Below, piece by piece: positions 1-13,218 of a stretch of 54,690 nt of DNA (position 1 is the first letter of the stretch; each line of letters begins with the position of its first letter). The stretch spans positions 55,117,745-55,172,434 of the forward strand of contig NC_068993.1 in the NCBI RefSeq assembly GCF_001194135.2, written 5' to 3'. The notes under the pieces were generated by a model. That model saw only the letters and a list, made by a program, of their open reading frames with translations, was not told the origin of the DNA and ran no database searches. Made by a program: the position numbers and the translations under genes. Origin of the DNA: Octopus bimaculoides (taxonomy: Eukaryota).

Positions 1-1642
1 ATTTAATCCTTTTTATGTTTCAATAAATTTTCACATCTAAGTTGCGAGAAGGCTATTCGTACGACCTGGACAAAATTTTTTTTAGGGGGAATCGCATGAC
101 CGTGACATGTAGAACACATTATCGAAAACGAAAATCGCCAAAATTAAAAAATTAAAAAGTTACAGCCATTTTCCCTCAGTGTCTAATTCCAATGTCCACC
201 TTTTTTTTTAAATTCTTTAATCAGAAGAAAGTTTTGAAAGTGACTCAAAGATCGAATTTTGTGCGTAACACGGGTTTGATATTTATCAACGATGCATGAA
301 ACTCTTGGCTTTTTAATCGCTCTTCTTTCTGAGAATAAAATGTCTGAGCAGTATACAAATACTCATAATAATGGTTTCAAATTTAAGCACAAAGCCAGCA
401 ATTATAAGGGAATGTTCACTTATTTTATCGACACTGAAGGATGAGACAAAGTTGACCTCGGCTGTATTATTATGCTGAGACCTCCTTCGGTCATGATTGA
501 CCATGGGATTGCACCTAGAAAGTTACCCTCCTAGGCACAAGTCTGGGCAATGTTGTTTATGGAAGACCAGCAGTTGTCTATGTGTGTGTGTGTGTGTGAA
601 GGCATGTGACCTAATGATTAGGTCGTTGCACTTTCGACCATAAGATCAAGGTATCGACTCCCATATTGGCGGTGCGTCGTGTTCTTCATTTCACATTAGT
701 CTAGTTATTCATCTGGTGTAAATGAATAATCCTGCGATTGACAAGCGTTGGCAGATCGAGAAATTAATTTTTGTAACTAAACACTCCCAAACTTCGGACA
801 CTTCGTGTCATATAAAACTCTTAGTGTTGTTGAGAAAAGTTTGTATTTTCAAAGTTATTTTGTGTTAAAGTTGCTGTTTTTCGGTGATTGGATTGTAGGC
901 ATGCTTCAGCATGGCCATGAAAAGTTTAGCTCAGTAATTCTCAACTGGGGTCGATATGACCTCTGGGGCTTCATAGAAGATTGTTGTGGGGTTCACACAA
1001 GAAAAATAATGCCAATTATGAACATTGACAATAGAGCTCAACAACAAATTTGAAAACCTGTTCATTTTGAAGGAAACTTATTTCAGACATGTTAATTTTT
1101 TTTTTTTTTTTTACAAAAACTTGAAAATTTCAACAATCAAGATACTTTTCATTCAGTTTTATTCCTGGGGTTTTTTTTGTTTTTTCTTCTAATCATAGTT
1201 TTGTAAAAATATTTCCCGCCACCCCCATTACAATTTTTTTTTTTTTTTCACAGACATTCCTGTTTTCCCAATCATCTTTCATCTTCTGTCAGTGACCTGT
1301 TATTAAAAGTTACATGCATAAAAGGGGTGGACAGTTTTCTTTCTTGCTTTCATTTGCAGCATCTACCCCTGCTTTGTTTTGTTGTCTATGATTTAAGTTT
1401 TCAAGATTTTTTTCTCTTTCTTTCCCACTTAAATTAAACCTCATGCTTTTGGTCCTTTGTTCTGCTACATACCAGACACATTTCATAGAAACTGACTTTT
1501 TCTAAAGATTAACAATTTTGTACCATTTTCCATCATTGGACTACAGCCTTGATAGAGCCCTTCCTTCAAAAGTTTTAGATGATCGATCCCAGGTCCTTAT
1601 TTCAGTAATATATTACACTGACATGCATATATATCGTATGTA

Positions 1643-1803
1643 CATGGTCTGATCAATAAGTATCCGGACTGTTGCCATAATAACGAAGCTAAAGCACGCA
1701 AAGTAAACCCGTTTGGCACAGATTGACCTTGAACTCTGCTGTGCATGGGCACTAAGTTTTAACGTTCTAGTTCACTTCTGCTGTTTACAGCTGTGCTTGG
1801 AAG
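1643..1803 (+). mobile_element. Mariner-like 5' end fragment
   Basis: TA followed by catggtctgatcaataagtatccggactg; homologous to 5684-5840. Confidence 0.65.
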
Positions 1804-2064
1804 TAACATGTGATCATTGCATTACTGTCATATGTCTAAGATCTGATCTCTGTTTTATTCTGGGGTACATCTAAGATCCAGTCTCTAATACCTATTTGTC
1901 ATACATCTACAACCTAATCATTGATACTTCACTCTGTTGTACATCTATGACATGATCAGTAATATAATTGTCTGTCTTAAATCTATGACTTGGAAGCTAA
2001 CATTCAACTTCACATTCATCTATGATCTGGTTAGTGATACTCTACTTCATTAAGACATACATTT

Positions 2065-2215
2065 ATCATCATCATCATCGTTTAACGTCTGCTTTCCATA
2101 CTAGTATGGGTTGGACGATTTGACTGAGGACTGGCAAGCTAGAAGCTGCACCAGGCTCCAATCTGATCTGGCAGAGTTTCTACAGCTGGGTGCCCTTCCT
2201 AATGCCAACCACTCC
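2065..2215 (-). mobile_element. SINE family A ((GAT)n tail; motif GAGTGGTTGGCGTTAGGAAGGGCATCCAGCTGTAGAAA)
   Basis: Reverse-complement homology to the + copies; similar - copies at ~6325-6465, 35740-35840, 36100-36290, 41590-41700 and 46225-46355. Confidence 0.8.
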
Positions 2216-3629
2216 TGCCTCTTGTACCTACCTCTACAATGACATTCTAAAAATATGCAATTACATCATTGAAATCTCAAAAGCTATGAGATAATGCATG
2301 ATTGATTTCAAAGAAGGTGAATAATAACATAATCTGAATGATAAAGGGTTTGTCTCGGGTCAGCTGATAAAGGGTTTGTCTCAGTGGTATAAAACCCGAT
2401 CAAGAATGAGTCGTTATGGAACAGCTATTCCTGTGTGCGGTATTGATCTTGGCATAACTTGAGACCCACTAACCCGTTATCATTTAAACTGGCCATATCT
2501 GGCCCAAGTAACTGACCAGATCTGGCCGCCCACACTTATTCTGCCATGTAATTCAAAACAATTTGAATAAATAAATATTACATTAATATGAAAACTAAAG
2601 GGTCTGTGTTCTGTTTTTATGAAAACCAATATTAGGAAGTTGTAAAATTCATGTCCTTACAATAACATGACCCCAGTTTCAGAGTCTGAAAATGATTACC
2701 ATGAATTCAGATGAAATTCTCTAGACATTAGCTTAGTGGTTTGTAGACCTAAGAAGGAAATATTCTATCAGAGCTTAACTATTTTTTTCTTTTTTTAATA
2801 TCATTAATGATTACAAGGTGACAAACTGGCAGAGTTGCTATCATGTCAAGCACAATGCTTAGCAGTATTTCTTCTGACTCTTTATGTTCTGACTTCAAAT
2901 TCCACCAAGGTCGACTTTGCCTTTCATTCTTTCGGAGTTGATAAAATAAGTACCAGTTGAGCACTTTGATCTATGTAATCAATTACCCCACCTCCACCAA
3001 AATTGCTGGCCTTGTCTCAAAATTTGAAACCAATATTTATTTAAGATTATGTTGGTTTTAAAACAGTTGATATCTCTCTTGCTGTGTTTTCTTCATAGTT
3101 TGACTGAATGAATGATTAACAAAGGTGCTTCACCATTCTGTAACTGTTGTTGATGATGATGATAACAACTTTTTTTTTTTTTCTTCAACAGAGCCACTGC
3201 TGATTATATTGTTTCCCCCAACCCTCACCTCTCATTTGACTGATACTACTTTTATTGATTCAGATGAATAAGTCAACCTCCGCAAAATCCAAAACTACAA
3301 TAAATCACTATAACTAACATGAGACATTTCACCTGGCCAACTATCAGGTCTGCTGTGGCCACCACCACCCACTATGACATTGACTTTTTCTTTAAATAAC
3401 CTTGTTTTTAACCTAACTAGTTATATGAATATCTTGAACCTGCAGGTGAATCCAGGACCCAGTTTTCAGCCATGCAACATTGCCAATAATAAAACTAAAA
3501 ACTTTTGAAGTATTTACCTCCATTTTTATTTAGTTGTAGTCAAGTAACACTAGTTTCTGTTTTGTTTTCTTCCAAAGAAAAGTCGTTACAGCTACAACAT
3601 TTTTTGTATTGTTTGTTTGCTTCTGTCAG

Positions 3630-3672
3630 ATGAACCCCTTTCTTTCATTTTGTTCTTTTTTCTATTTTCAAG
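3630..3672 (+). other. Splice acceptor upstream of the GT31 coding exon (exon likely starts at 3673; upstream non-coding exon not identified)
   Basis: Long polypyrimidine tract ending ...ttttcaag at 3671-3672, 112 nt before the ATG. Confidence 0.65.
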
Positions 3673-3784
3673 CTTCAATTCGTCATGTGAGAACTTCAGG
3701 ACTATCTTCCACTCCCACACCAGATGACATTATTTGGGAAGAAAGTATAAGAAATAAATAGTCTCCCCTGGAAATTTGGTCGTT

Positions 3785-5035
3785 ATGCGGTGTCGTAAAG
3801 TTGCATCATTGATTCTTATATTTACTATTTTAGGACTCTATCTTATGCTATCTAACAAGTTCAGATATGTATACTATATCACCAAAGAAAATCATGATAA
3901 ACCTATACCAACATCACTTCCCAGCCTAAGGGTCACTAACAAGCTGCCGTCATCATTGAATAATAAAAGTAACATCTCTATCTCCGATATCACCACCACC
4001 ATGAATACAAAACAGAAACCAGAGCCGAAAGGGAGCATTCGTAAAACTGCATACCCATTAACTATAGACAGTCCTTACCTCATAAACAATCCAGATATCT
4101 GTAAAGGGGTGAAAAATTTGACTTTCATTGTTATTGTCCATACAGCTCCTGACCATACAGATCGACGTCTTTCAATAAGACAAACATGGGCCAACAAATA
4201 TTTCTTTAGAAACATGTCACTGAGGATTGTCTTTTTGTTGGGGAAAAGCGATAACCCCCAAATCGAATTCCGCATTAAAAATGAAAATCTTATCTATAGA
4301 GACATAGTGCAGGGTAACTTTAAAGATTCTTATAGAAATTTGACACACAAGGGTGTTCTTGGTTTCAGGTGGATAACTGAAAACTGCCAACATGCCAAAA
4401 TGGTGATCAAGGTAGATGATGATGTCTTCGTGAACATTTTTAAGGTATACAAAGAGGTTTACCTGAAATACAAAGACCTTTCTCATTATATTCTCTGTCA
4501 TGTTCGCAAAAAAAATACAAGTCCAATTATTAGGGCAAAGAGCCATCTAAAATGGAAAGTCAATGATGATGAATTCCGTGGTTTTTCACATTATCCAACT
4601 ACATATTGTAATGGTTACGTTGTGTTTATTTCACCTGATCTCATACGAGGCATGTACAAGGCCTCTTTCACCACACCTTTTTTCTGGATAGATGATGTTT
4701 ATCTGTATGGACTGCTACCATCAAAGATAGCCAATGTAACATACCACAATTTGGTGAGTACCTTCAATTTGAATGAAGTTACAACCTTGAGGTGTTTCTC
4801 TGATAGCAAAATCTGTCGATATTTGGTAGGTAATTCCTGGCGCAATGGAAATATGATAAAACTGTGGTTGTCAACGTTAGCAAAACTGGACAACGACTCT
4901 CGGAGCTTAATTGATCTTCAGATCATATCAGACACTATTCACATAAACTTGACCCAAGCTTTACATGAGATAAACAAAGAAGTTTATAAACTGTATCCTA
5001 CTAAACCTCCACAAAAGAAAAAACCCCAAAAATGA
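3785..5035 (+). CDS. Beta-1,3-galactosyltransferase-like protein (GT31/Galactosyl_T family), type II membrane protein, 416 aa, single coding exon
   Basis: The ORF track starts at TTG 3776, but the first ATG is at 3785. N-terminal TM segment (VASLILIFTILGLYLMLS), S/T/P-rich stem, then GT31 motifs R..IRQTW, DIVQGNFKDSYRNLTHK, KVDDDVF (DxD), YCNG and IDDVYLYG. Orthology within GT31 cannot be assigned by eye. Confidence 0.93.
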   Translation: MRCRKVASLILIFTILGLYLMLSNKFRYVYYITKENHDKPIPTSLPSLRVTNKLPSSLNNKSNISISDITTTMNTKQKPEPKGSIRKTAYPLTIDSPYLINNPDICKGVKNLTFIVIVHTAPDHTDRRLSIRQTWANKYFFRNMSLRIVFLLGKSDNPQIEFRIKNENLIYRDIVQGNFKDSYRNLTHKGVLGFRWITENCQHAKMVIKVDDDVFVNIFKVYKEVYLKYKDLSHYILCHVRKKNTSPIIRAKSHLKWKVNDDEFRGFSHYPTTYCNGYVVFISPDLIRGMYKASFTTPFFWIDDVYLYGLLPSKIANVTYHNLVSTFNLNEVTTLRCFSDSKICRYLVGNSWRNGNMIKLWLSTLAKLDNDSRSLIDLQIISDTIHINLTQALHEINKEVYKLYPTKPPQKKKPQK

Positions 5036-5112
5036 GTGTTGGGGCAAACTAGAAAACTGCAAAGGAATCAAAACAGCAGTTATAAAGATGTGATTTGGGA
5101 GCTGGAGGCTGA

Positions 5113-5395
5113 AATAAAAGATCTATCAGGAACTGGAGGATTGAAGGATATTTTTCCATTTATTTGGGGGATTTATATGTGTGTGCACACGTGTGTATCT
5201 ATATCGTGTGTGTAAAAATATACATATACACACACACCATGTTCTTGTGGATAACGTACGAATGTGCCATGTTGTGTGTGTGTCGTATTATGTGTGTTTG
5301 TATGTATATTGTTTTCTCACACATGCCTAATACACAGTATTATAAGATAGATTTCTCTAGTTATGTGACTGTGATAATGTCAAAAGAACAATAAA
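5113..5395 (+). terminator. Candidate polyadenylation signals of the GT31 gene
   Basis: AATAAA at 5113-5118, followed by GT-rich sequence, and again at 5390-5395. Confidence 0.45.
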
Positions 5396-5650
5396 GGATT
5401 TAAATTGTATTAAAATATATTCAAACAAAAAATGAACAGAAAAAATATCTGAACGAAAAGAAATTTGTATTTTCTATTTTCCTTTTTCTGTTTTATACAA
5501 CAAAAAGAAAATCATAATTGTTGAACTAAAAAGTTCTGAATCTGAATGTGTGAAATTATATAAGAATGGAAATAGCAGATTATTTATCATTAAAAATCTA
5601 ATATTAACATGATTTTGTTGTTTAATATTCCACCTGTTTCTTTATATATA

Positions 5651-5682
<32 letters not shown>

Positions 5683-5683
5683 A

Positions 5684-6240
5684 TGTAGTCTGATCATTAA
5701 GTATCTGAACTGTTGCCATAGTAATGAAGCTAAAGCACACAGTGAAGATGCTTGGCACAAATTGATCTTCAACTCTGCCGTGCATGTGCACTGTTTTAAC
5801 ATTCTAGCTCATTTCAACTGCTTACAGCAGTGCTTGGAAGGAACGTGTGTAGTGTGTGATTGTTGCACTGACCATGACTCTGCATCAAATTTTGCCAAAA
5901 GCTTGGCGATACCTGCCCAGATGCCTATGCAATGTTGCAGAAAATATATGGAGAGGAGTGTATGAGCTGAAAAAATGTTGATAGTGACAAACGTTCTGGG
6001 AGACTCGCAACCAGCAGGATTGAGAAAAACATTGCAGATGTGCATGCAGCCATGAGAGGGAAACCATCGAATCACCATTTGTGAATTATCAGAGGATGTG
6101 CAGATTAGTTATGGTTTGGTTCAGTTCAGTCCATTATCACTGAAGATTTGGGTATGAGATGAGTATCTGCCAAGTTTGTGCCAAAACTGCTCTCAGCTGA
6201 TAACACACCTGCCCATTCAGTGCAGCTTGACTGCGTATCC
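5684..6240 (+). mobile_element. Mariner fossil (5' TIR plus degraded transposase)
   Basis: Same 5' end as the copy at 1643; remnant IITEDLGMR*VSAKFVPKLLSAD corresponds to the WVP(R/H)EL-type motif. Confidence 0.72.
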
Positions 6241-7080
6241 AGGAATTCAGTTTCAAATCTCTGCTACATATGTCAATGGCTTCTTGTCTAGTAGGAAACC
6301 CTCATTGATACTCGAGAAGAAAGGATCATCATCATCATGGTTTAATGTCTGCTTTCCATGCTGGCATGGGTTGGACAGTTTGACTGAGGACTGGTGAAAC
6401 CAGATGGCTACACCAGGCTCCAATCTGATCTGGCAGAGTTTCTACAGCTGGATGCCCTTCCTAAAGCAGCATGATGGAGATAACCACAAAGAGGTGTCAT
6501 GGTAAGACTGAGAGGGATATGAGACTGTTTGGCATCACCGATTCAATGCTGACTTATTTGACATCAGACATTTTAATGTCTCTCTCTCTCCTTCTCTACA
6601 TCTCTCTCTCTCTTTCTCTGCGAGAGCTTTTCTTTATCTTTATGAGAATATGCTCATATACAGAGAGAGGAGGGGGGAGTTTATGACATTTGTGTTCAAT
6701 TAATAAATTGTAATCTCTCTCTCTCTATGTATGTGTACAATTCTGCAACATGTGTGTTTGCCTCTTGTGCCAAAACAGGTTCTTAGTCCAAACAACTGTA
6801 CCTAGTTGCCTCATTCTGGATGTAGTGATTGACAAGAACAGAGACAGATTGTAGTGACTGTAGCAGATGTCAACTAAAACACATATACACATACACAAAT
6901 ACACACACAACACAAACAGTTTTTAATCCACCAAATCCTACTCACAAAGTATTCATTAAGATGAAGCTTTATCACAAAACACTCAACAAAGTTTTCTAGG
7001 TTGTTTGAATAAGCAGATTAAAAGTCCTTAAATAGAAAACAAAATTTTCCCCAGCCAGAACACAATCAGTTTTCTGCAAA

Positions 7081-7086
7081 TTTATT
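7081..7086 (-). terminator. Candidate NXT poly(A) signal
   Basis: AATAAA on - strand 18 nt after the stop codon, followed by GU/U-rich sequence. Confidence 0.45.
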
Positions 7087-7104
7087 TTCCTGGTTTAACA
7101 AAGA

Positions 7105-7262
7105 TTATTCAACAAATCGATAGTTATCACTAACGATCTTCCAAACGTTCTCTTGAGATGTAAGAATGAAATGCTGATGGAATGCTTTGGATTTCTTTCT
7201 TGGAAATTTTACCAGACCAAACGTCGTGACCCCAATAGTTGTCTGCCCTTGTGAAACAACAT
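7105..7262 (-). CDS. NXT: NXT1/2-like exon 4 (D/VVSQGQTTIGVTTFGLVKFPRKKSKAFHQHFILTSQENVWKIVSDNYRFVE*)
   Basis: ctctcatttcag|AT GTT...GAA TAA. Contains the NXT C-terminal motifs Q.T...G.VKF, F.Q.F.LT and WKI.SD..RF. Total CDS is 24+87+145+158=414 nt, or 137 aa plus stop. Confidence 0.93.
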
Positions 7263-7304
7263 CTGAAATGAGAGAGAGAGAGAATCGATTATAAGGATTT
7301 TGGG

Positions 7305-7553
7305 ATCTTGTTCAAAACGGGGGCACCAGTATTTTCTTAACGAAACACTTTGAAACTTGGGACACTGGTAGAATGTGTCATATAAAACATCTTTTTCTCT
7401 TAGTCTTCTTAACAAAAAAATGTACATCGCAAGTTATTTCATGTTAAAGTTGTCGTATTTCTGTAATTTCAACCAATGACTGACGTCCATTCAGCCGAAT
7501 AACAGTAAGTGCTGACTACGTAAACAAACGATTCTCGCGGTGATAAAATTATT
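7305..7553. mobile_element. Non-autonomous DNA-transposon-like fragment next to the gap
   Basis: Homologous to 765-895 (aaacactttgaaacttgggacact...gtgtcatataaaac...aagttatt..tgttaaagttg). Superfamily not determined. Confidence 0.5.
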
Positions 7554-8135
7554 NNNNNNNNNNNNNNNNNNNNNNNNNNNNNNNNNNNNNNNNNNNNNNN
7601 NNNNNNNNNNNNNNNNNNNNNNNNNNNNNNNNNNNNNNNNNNNNNNNNNNNNNNNNNNNNNNNNNNNNNNNNNNNNNNNNNNNNNNNNNNNNNNNNNNNN
7701 NNNNNNNNNNNNNNNNNNNNNNNNNNNNNNNNNNNNNNNNNNNNNNNNNNNNNNNNNNNNNNNNNNNNNNNNNNNNNNNNNNNNNNNNNNNNNNNNNNNN
7801 NNNNNNNNNNNNNNNNNNNNNNNNNNNNNNNNNNNNNNNNNNNNNNNNNNNNNNNNNNNNNNNNNNNNNNNNNNNNNNNNNNNNNNNNNNNNNNNNNNNN
7901 NNNNNNNNNNNNNNNNNNNNNNNNNNNNNNNNNNNNNNNNNNNNNNNNNNNNNNNNNNNNNNNNNNNNNNNNNNNNNNNNNNNNNNNNNNNNNNNNNNNN
8001 NNNNNNNNNNNNNNNNNNNNNNNNNNNNNNNNNNNNNNNNNNNNNNNNNNNNNNNNNNNNNNNNNNNNNNNNNNNNNNNNNNNNNNNNNNNNNNNNNNNN
8101 NNNNNNNNNNNNNNNNNNNNNNNNNNNNNNNNNNN
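7554..8135. other. Assembly gap (N run)
   Basis: Run of n. Confidence 1.
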
Positions 8136-8330
8136 TTTCGTGCAGGTGACACGTAAAAGCACCCACTACACTCTTGGAGTGGTTGGCGTTAGGAAGGGCA
8201 TCCAGCTGTAGAAACTCTGCCAAATTAGATTGGAGCCTGGTGTTGCCATCCGGTTTCACCAGTCCTCAGTCAAATCGTCCAACCCATGCTAGCATGGAAG
8301 GCGGACGTTAAACGATGATGATGATGATGA
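8136..8330 (+). mobile_element. SINE family A copy
   Basis: Near-consensus copy. Other + copies at ~9165-9426, 14480-14900 (two), 15520-15940 (two), 16470-16745, 17500-17848, 18210-18312, 23300-23570 and 51465-51650. Confidence 0.82.
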
Positions 8331-11300
8331 TTACTCAATCCTTCTCACACTTCTGTTCCACCCCATCCCTTGACTTACAATAAGTAGTTTTTAAACCCTA
8401 CTGGAAACCCTCACACTTCCTGACTCCATGCTATTTCAATCTGAACATGAACCAACAGTCAAGTCATAACTACCAATCTTTCCTCTTGATAACAAACAAA
8501 ATAAAATATTTCATAGTATGCATTAGGTTACATAAACAAACACACACTATCCCCCACCACTACCATCGCCACCATCACCATCACCACCATCATCATTGTA
8601 TTGTCTGTTTTTCTATGTTGGTATGGATTCAACAAGTCTCCCAGCATTCCCTCGCTTTCTGGCACACACAACAGAGAAAATCCAGCTGAGTATGTTGTCG
8701 TAGGCATGGTTCTCATGACTGATTACCCTTTCTATCACTAACTCTACACTACACCCTGGATAGCATGCATTCTATCAAGTCACTAGCGCTTGAGAAGTTG
8801 CTATCTGCAGTGGGACTAAGCACTCCTCTGGCTGTGAAATTAAGAAGTCTGCTTCCTTGCTTCCCAACCCCATGGTTTCAAGTTCATTCCCACTGAGTGA
8901 CACCTTGCTAAGTTATGTTTTGACCTTCACAATCCAATCATCCAGAACTAGATTTCTTATGAACCACCAACTTCAGTGTGGAACCCTGCCAAAAGCCTTC
9001 TCTATCTAGAGTGGTCTCTTCTGAGGTAAGAACAGACAGTTGTTCCAGTAGGAAATGTGCATCACTGGTGAGCCACCCTGGCACAAACCTTAACTAGAGT
9101 CTTATCTAAGCTAAATTCTTTTCCTAATTACTTGTGCTTTCTTTTTTACCTTTTACTTGGCACACGTGCTGGTGGCATGTAATAAGCACCATTTAAGCAC
9201 GGGTCAATGCCAGTGCTGCCTGACTGGCTCCCCATGCTGGTGGCACGTAAAAAGCACCCACTATACTCTTGGAGTGGTTGGCAATAGGAAGGGCATTCAG
9301 CTGTAGAAACATTGCCAGATCAGACTGGAGCCTGGTGCAGCCTACTGGCTCACCAGACCTCAGTCAAACCGTCCAACCCATGCCAGCATGGAAAGCGGAC
9401 GTTAAATGATGATGATGATGATGATGACTTGTTTCAGTCATCAGACTGCAGCCATGCTGGAGCACCACCTTGAAGAATTTTAGTCAAACGGATCAACCCC
9501 AAAACATATGTTGCTCTTTTTTAAAGCCTCGTACTTATTCTATTGATCTTTTTTTGCCAAACTGCTAAGTTACAGAGACATAAACACACCAACACTGGTT
9601 GTCAAGCAGTGGTGGGGGACAAACACACACACACACATATACACAACATATTTCTTTCAGTTTTTGTCCACCAAATCCACTCACAAGGCCTTGGTCAGCC
9701 TGAGGCTATAGTAGAAGACACTTGCCAAAAGTGCCACAGAGAAGGATTGAACCTGCAACAATTCTTTCAACTTAAGTCTCATTAACAAAAGAAGGATGCA
9801 GTAGATAGGACAATGTGTTTAAGATATGTATACACAAAAAAAAATGCAATAGTCACAGCCGGGGATTGCTCTTCTCCCCCATTACTCACCTGAGTTTTAA
9901 ACAACACCAACAATAATTAATTATAACAACAACAACAACAAAAAAAGGAAGTGAACAGCTGAACAATTTAAATGTGTTGAGTGAACCATGACAGAACAAT
10001 ACATTACCACCCTCCAACCCTTTTCCCATCTTTCAAGAATTGGATTCCAGTTCACAGCTGTTTCTATTGTATTCTAGGAATTGAAACAGTAGTAGAGGTC
10101 AAGCAATCAATGGCAATAACTGATTGACCTTCCATTGAACATAGGTTGTAATATTTCTTTTTCTTTCAACATATGTGATCCTGAGGTTAGAGATAAGTGT
10201 TGGCAGGGCACTGTTTAGTCTTGGTGAGTTATGTTAAAAGTGAGAGAACTCTGTAGAGTCTAGCATACTAATTTGAATAGTACCTCTTCGGCAGCCCGGT
10301 TCTCTTGGCTGCAAGTAGATATGACAGTAAGATATCATTCGGTGTATTATGTCTACAATCAAGATGATAGCATAGAGTGGTACAGGTCACTTCATTGAGT
10401 CCAGCATTAAAACATTCTCCAGTTCAGTTCACTGAGGTACCACATTCGGTATACTCCACTGTAATATGTCTTTAGTGTTTAATTTGGTCAAAGCCAGCCC
10501 AAATATCATACCTATTTTAGGTCAAAACTGACTAGATCCAATCTCTCATACCTACCTTATGGTGTCATTCTAAAAATATACAAATACACCATTGAAATTT
10601 TGAAGCTACAAAATGAGTGATTAATTCAAAACAATGTGAATGAATAACCATTATATTTGGTAAAGAAATCTGAATGCTAAATGGTCAACATTTCCATTCA
10701 CCTACATATTGACACACAATGTCATATTGTTCTCAACCAAAGACATTTAACAGACCAGCCTACTTAGCTCTAAACAGGTATGACAGTGTGGCAAAGTTAA
10801 GTTTCCTGTGTCCATAATTGAAGACACTAAACTGTCATGTAAATAAGTACCACAGTGAGATATAGTACACTGTGCAGTGTCCACAAAGCAGTCTCACTCT
10901 ACAGTTCAGTCTATCTGGCCGTAAATAGGTACCACTACATTAAACAGTGGCAGTATTGAAAAACAATCATTAAGAATGCTGTGCAATTAATTCAATTCTA
11001 CTTAGTGTAGGTTGAGGCTGAAGAGATGCGATTAGCCCAAGTGTGTGATAATTTTCATTAGCCACAGACAAATTCCTGAGCAATGAAAGACAGATGGTGT
11101 ACACAACATTTTTTTTTTATGTATTCCAAAGAGCAGACAGCACACTGAAAGTGTATGTGTATTCATCCCCATTATTATTTTGTGCATTTCGCAATAGTGA
11201 TATGGGTTGGAGAGGCTTCACAATAGCCCATCATTCACCACAGTACTTCGTACTCTGATATCAACAGAGAAACATCACACCAACTCTCTTATTGTACATG

Positions 11301-12389
11301 CTCTTATTTTCAAGATGGACTGGGTGCATATAATCATGTTACAACCACTTGTCTTGTCACATTGTCCCTGATAAGTTTATAGACTTCCAGCTACTCTAAG
11401 TTGTTTTGATTTTTTCCTTCCTTTTTGGAGGGATTTTTACAGCTGGATGCCATTCTTAACCCTTTGGCATTTAAACTGATCATATCTGACCCAATTAGTT
11501 CATGTGTTTTATATTCAAACCAACCAGATCTGACCTCTCACACCTACCCTACAATGTCATTCTAAAAGTAGACAGTCGCATCATCAAAATCTTGAACCTA
11601 CAAGATATTGCATAATTAATTCAAAACAAGGTGAATAAATAAGCATTATATTTAACACAGTAATCTGAAGGCTAAAAGGTTACCAAAAATCTTTACAGTA
11701 CATACTTAGTGTGTTATATTATGCCCCCATCATCATCAGAGAGGCTGACCATGGAAGAGCCAAAGGTTCCATTCTGCCCTACACAATTTTTTTTAGTGAT
11801 TATGATCTCCAAGGTGCATTTCTAAATTCTGTAGGTAGATGGGTTTTCCTAAAAAGGAGCACAGGTTACAGTGCCAGTCTATGGCCACTTGGGTACACTA
11901 CTCTGTTTCTATGATGTACAATGGGTAGGTCAGTTACAGCAGAGCTCAAGTAGCATCTTCTGTTCGGTTTTATCTCTATTCTGTATTTGGTTTTTATTAT
12001 AGATCTCTGCTTTCTTAGACACCCCACCTTGGCTTCAGTTTAAGAAATTCATTCATCTCTGTGATTAGGGCAGAACCATTTTTGTTTATGAGGTTTGTTT
12101 TGTTGACCTTTCAGTGCCAACCTATCTGAAACCATCATTGGTTCTATTATACAAAATACCTGTTTTAAGGTGATTTAAATTAAAGAACCTCCATCAAAAT
12201 TTCCATGTTAATAATTTATGTTCCAAACACCAGCTAAATACTGACAAAGTCAGTTTTTAATCATTTTCAAAATGTCAATTCCAACAGAAATATGACAACA
12301 GAAGGGTCAAATGTAAGGGTTAGCTGAGAAACCAGATCTCTGCACTAAAAGGAATGTGAACTGTCGGTCTCGAAAAAACACAATAAGAG

Positions 12390-12422
<33 letters not shown>

Positions 12423-12566
12423 CCCTCTCTCTATAAATGCATACATATTTACGTACATACATACACACACACACATCATCATCATCATTCTTTAACATGG
12501 GATATGAGTTGTTGTCTGGGGAAAACACAATAAGAGCTCTCCACCTCTCTCTCTCTACATAAATAC

Positions 12567-12640
<74 letters not shown>
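12390..12640. repeat. Compound microsatellite cluster (CT)n/(AC)n/(AT)n/(AG)n, representative of dozens in the window
   Basis: Read directly. Similar clusters at 5645, 16010, 20625, 21080, 21310, 22580, 23640, 27205, 31480, 32230, 39875 and 40300. Confidence 0.95.
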
Positions 12641-12641
<1 letters not shown>

Positions 12642-13218
12642 GGAAGGAGAGAGGACTGTTATTGAGTTCTTTTTCCAAATTACAACTTACATTCCATATT
12701 TATTTTTATGTTTTTATCTGTTGCTTGTTTCAGTTATCAGACTACAGCCATTCTGGAGCATCACCTTGAAGAACTTTTAGACGAATGAGTCAACCCTGGT
12801 ACCTATTTTATGTGTGTGTGTGTGTGTACAAGCATGGCCATGTGGTAAGAAGCTTGCTTCCCGACCACATGGGCCCCGGTTCAGTCCAATTGTGCAGCAC
12901 CTTGGGCAAGTGTCTTCTACTATAGCCTTTGGCTGACCAAAACCTTATTAGTGGATTTAGGATTCAGAAACTGAAAGCAGCCCATCTTGAATGTATGTGT
13001 CTGTTTGTCTCTGTGTTTGTCTCCCGACAAGCTATGATGGTGTATTTACATCTCCGTAACTTAGCAGTTTGGCAAAACTGACCAACAGATAAAGTGCCAG
13101 GCTTAAAAGATAAGTACTGTAGTTGATTCAGTCAACTAAAAAAAATTCAAAGTGGTGCCCCAGCATGGCCACAGTCAAGTGACTGAAACAATTTAAAGAT
13201 AAAAGAAAAAAATATATA

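Noticed and set aside
3776-3784. ORF-track start of the GT31 gene at 3776
   Set aside because: That codon is TTG; the first ATG is at 3785, immediately before the signal-anchor.
7469-8259. Long ORFs of 223-313 aa here and at 31355-32296
   Set aside because: They consist of N-gap X residues and dinucleotide repeats.
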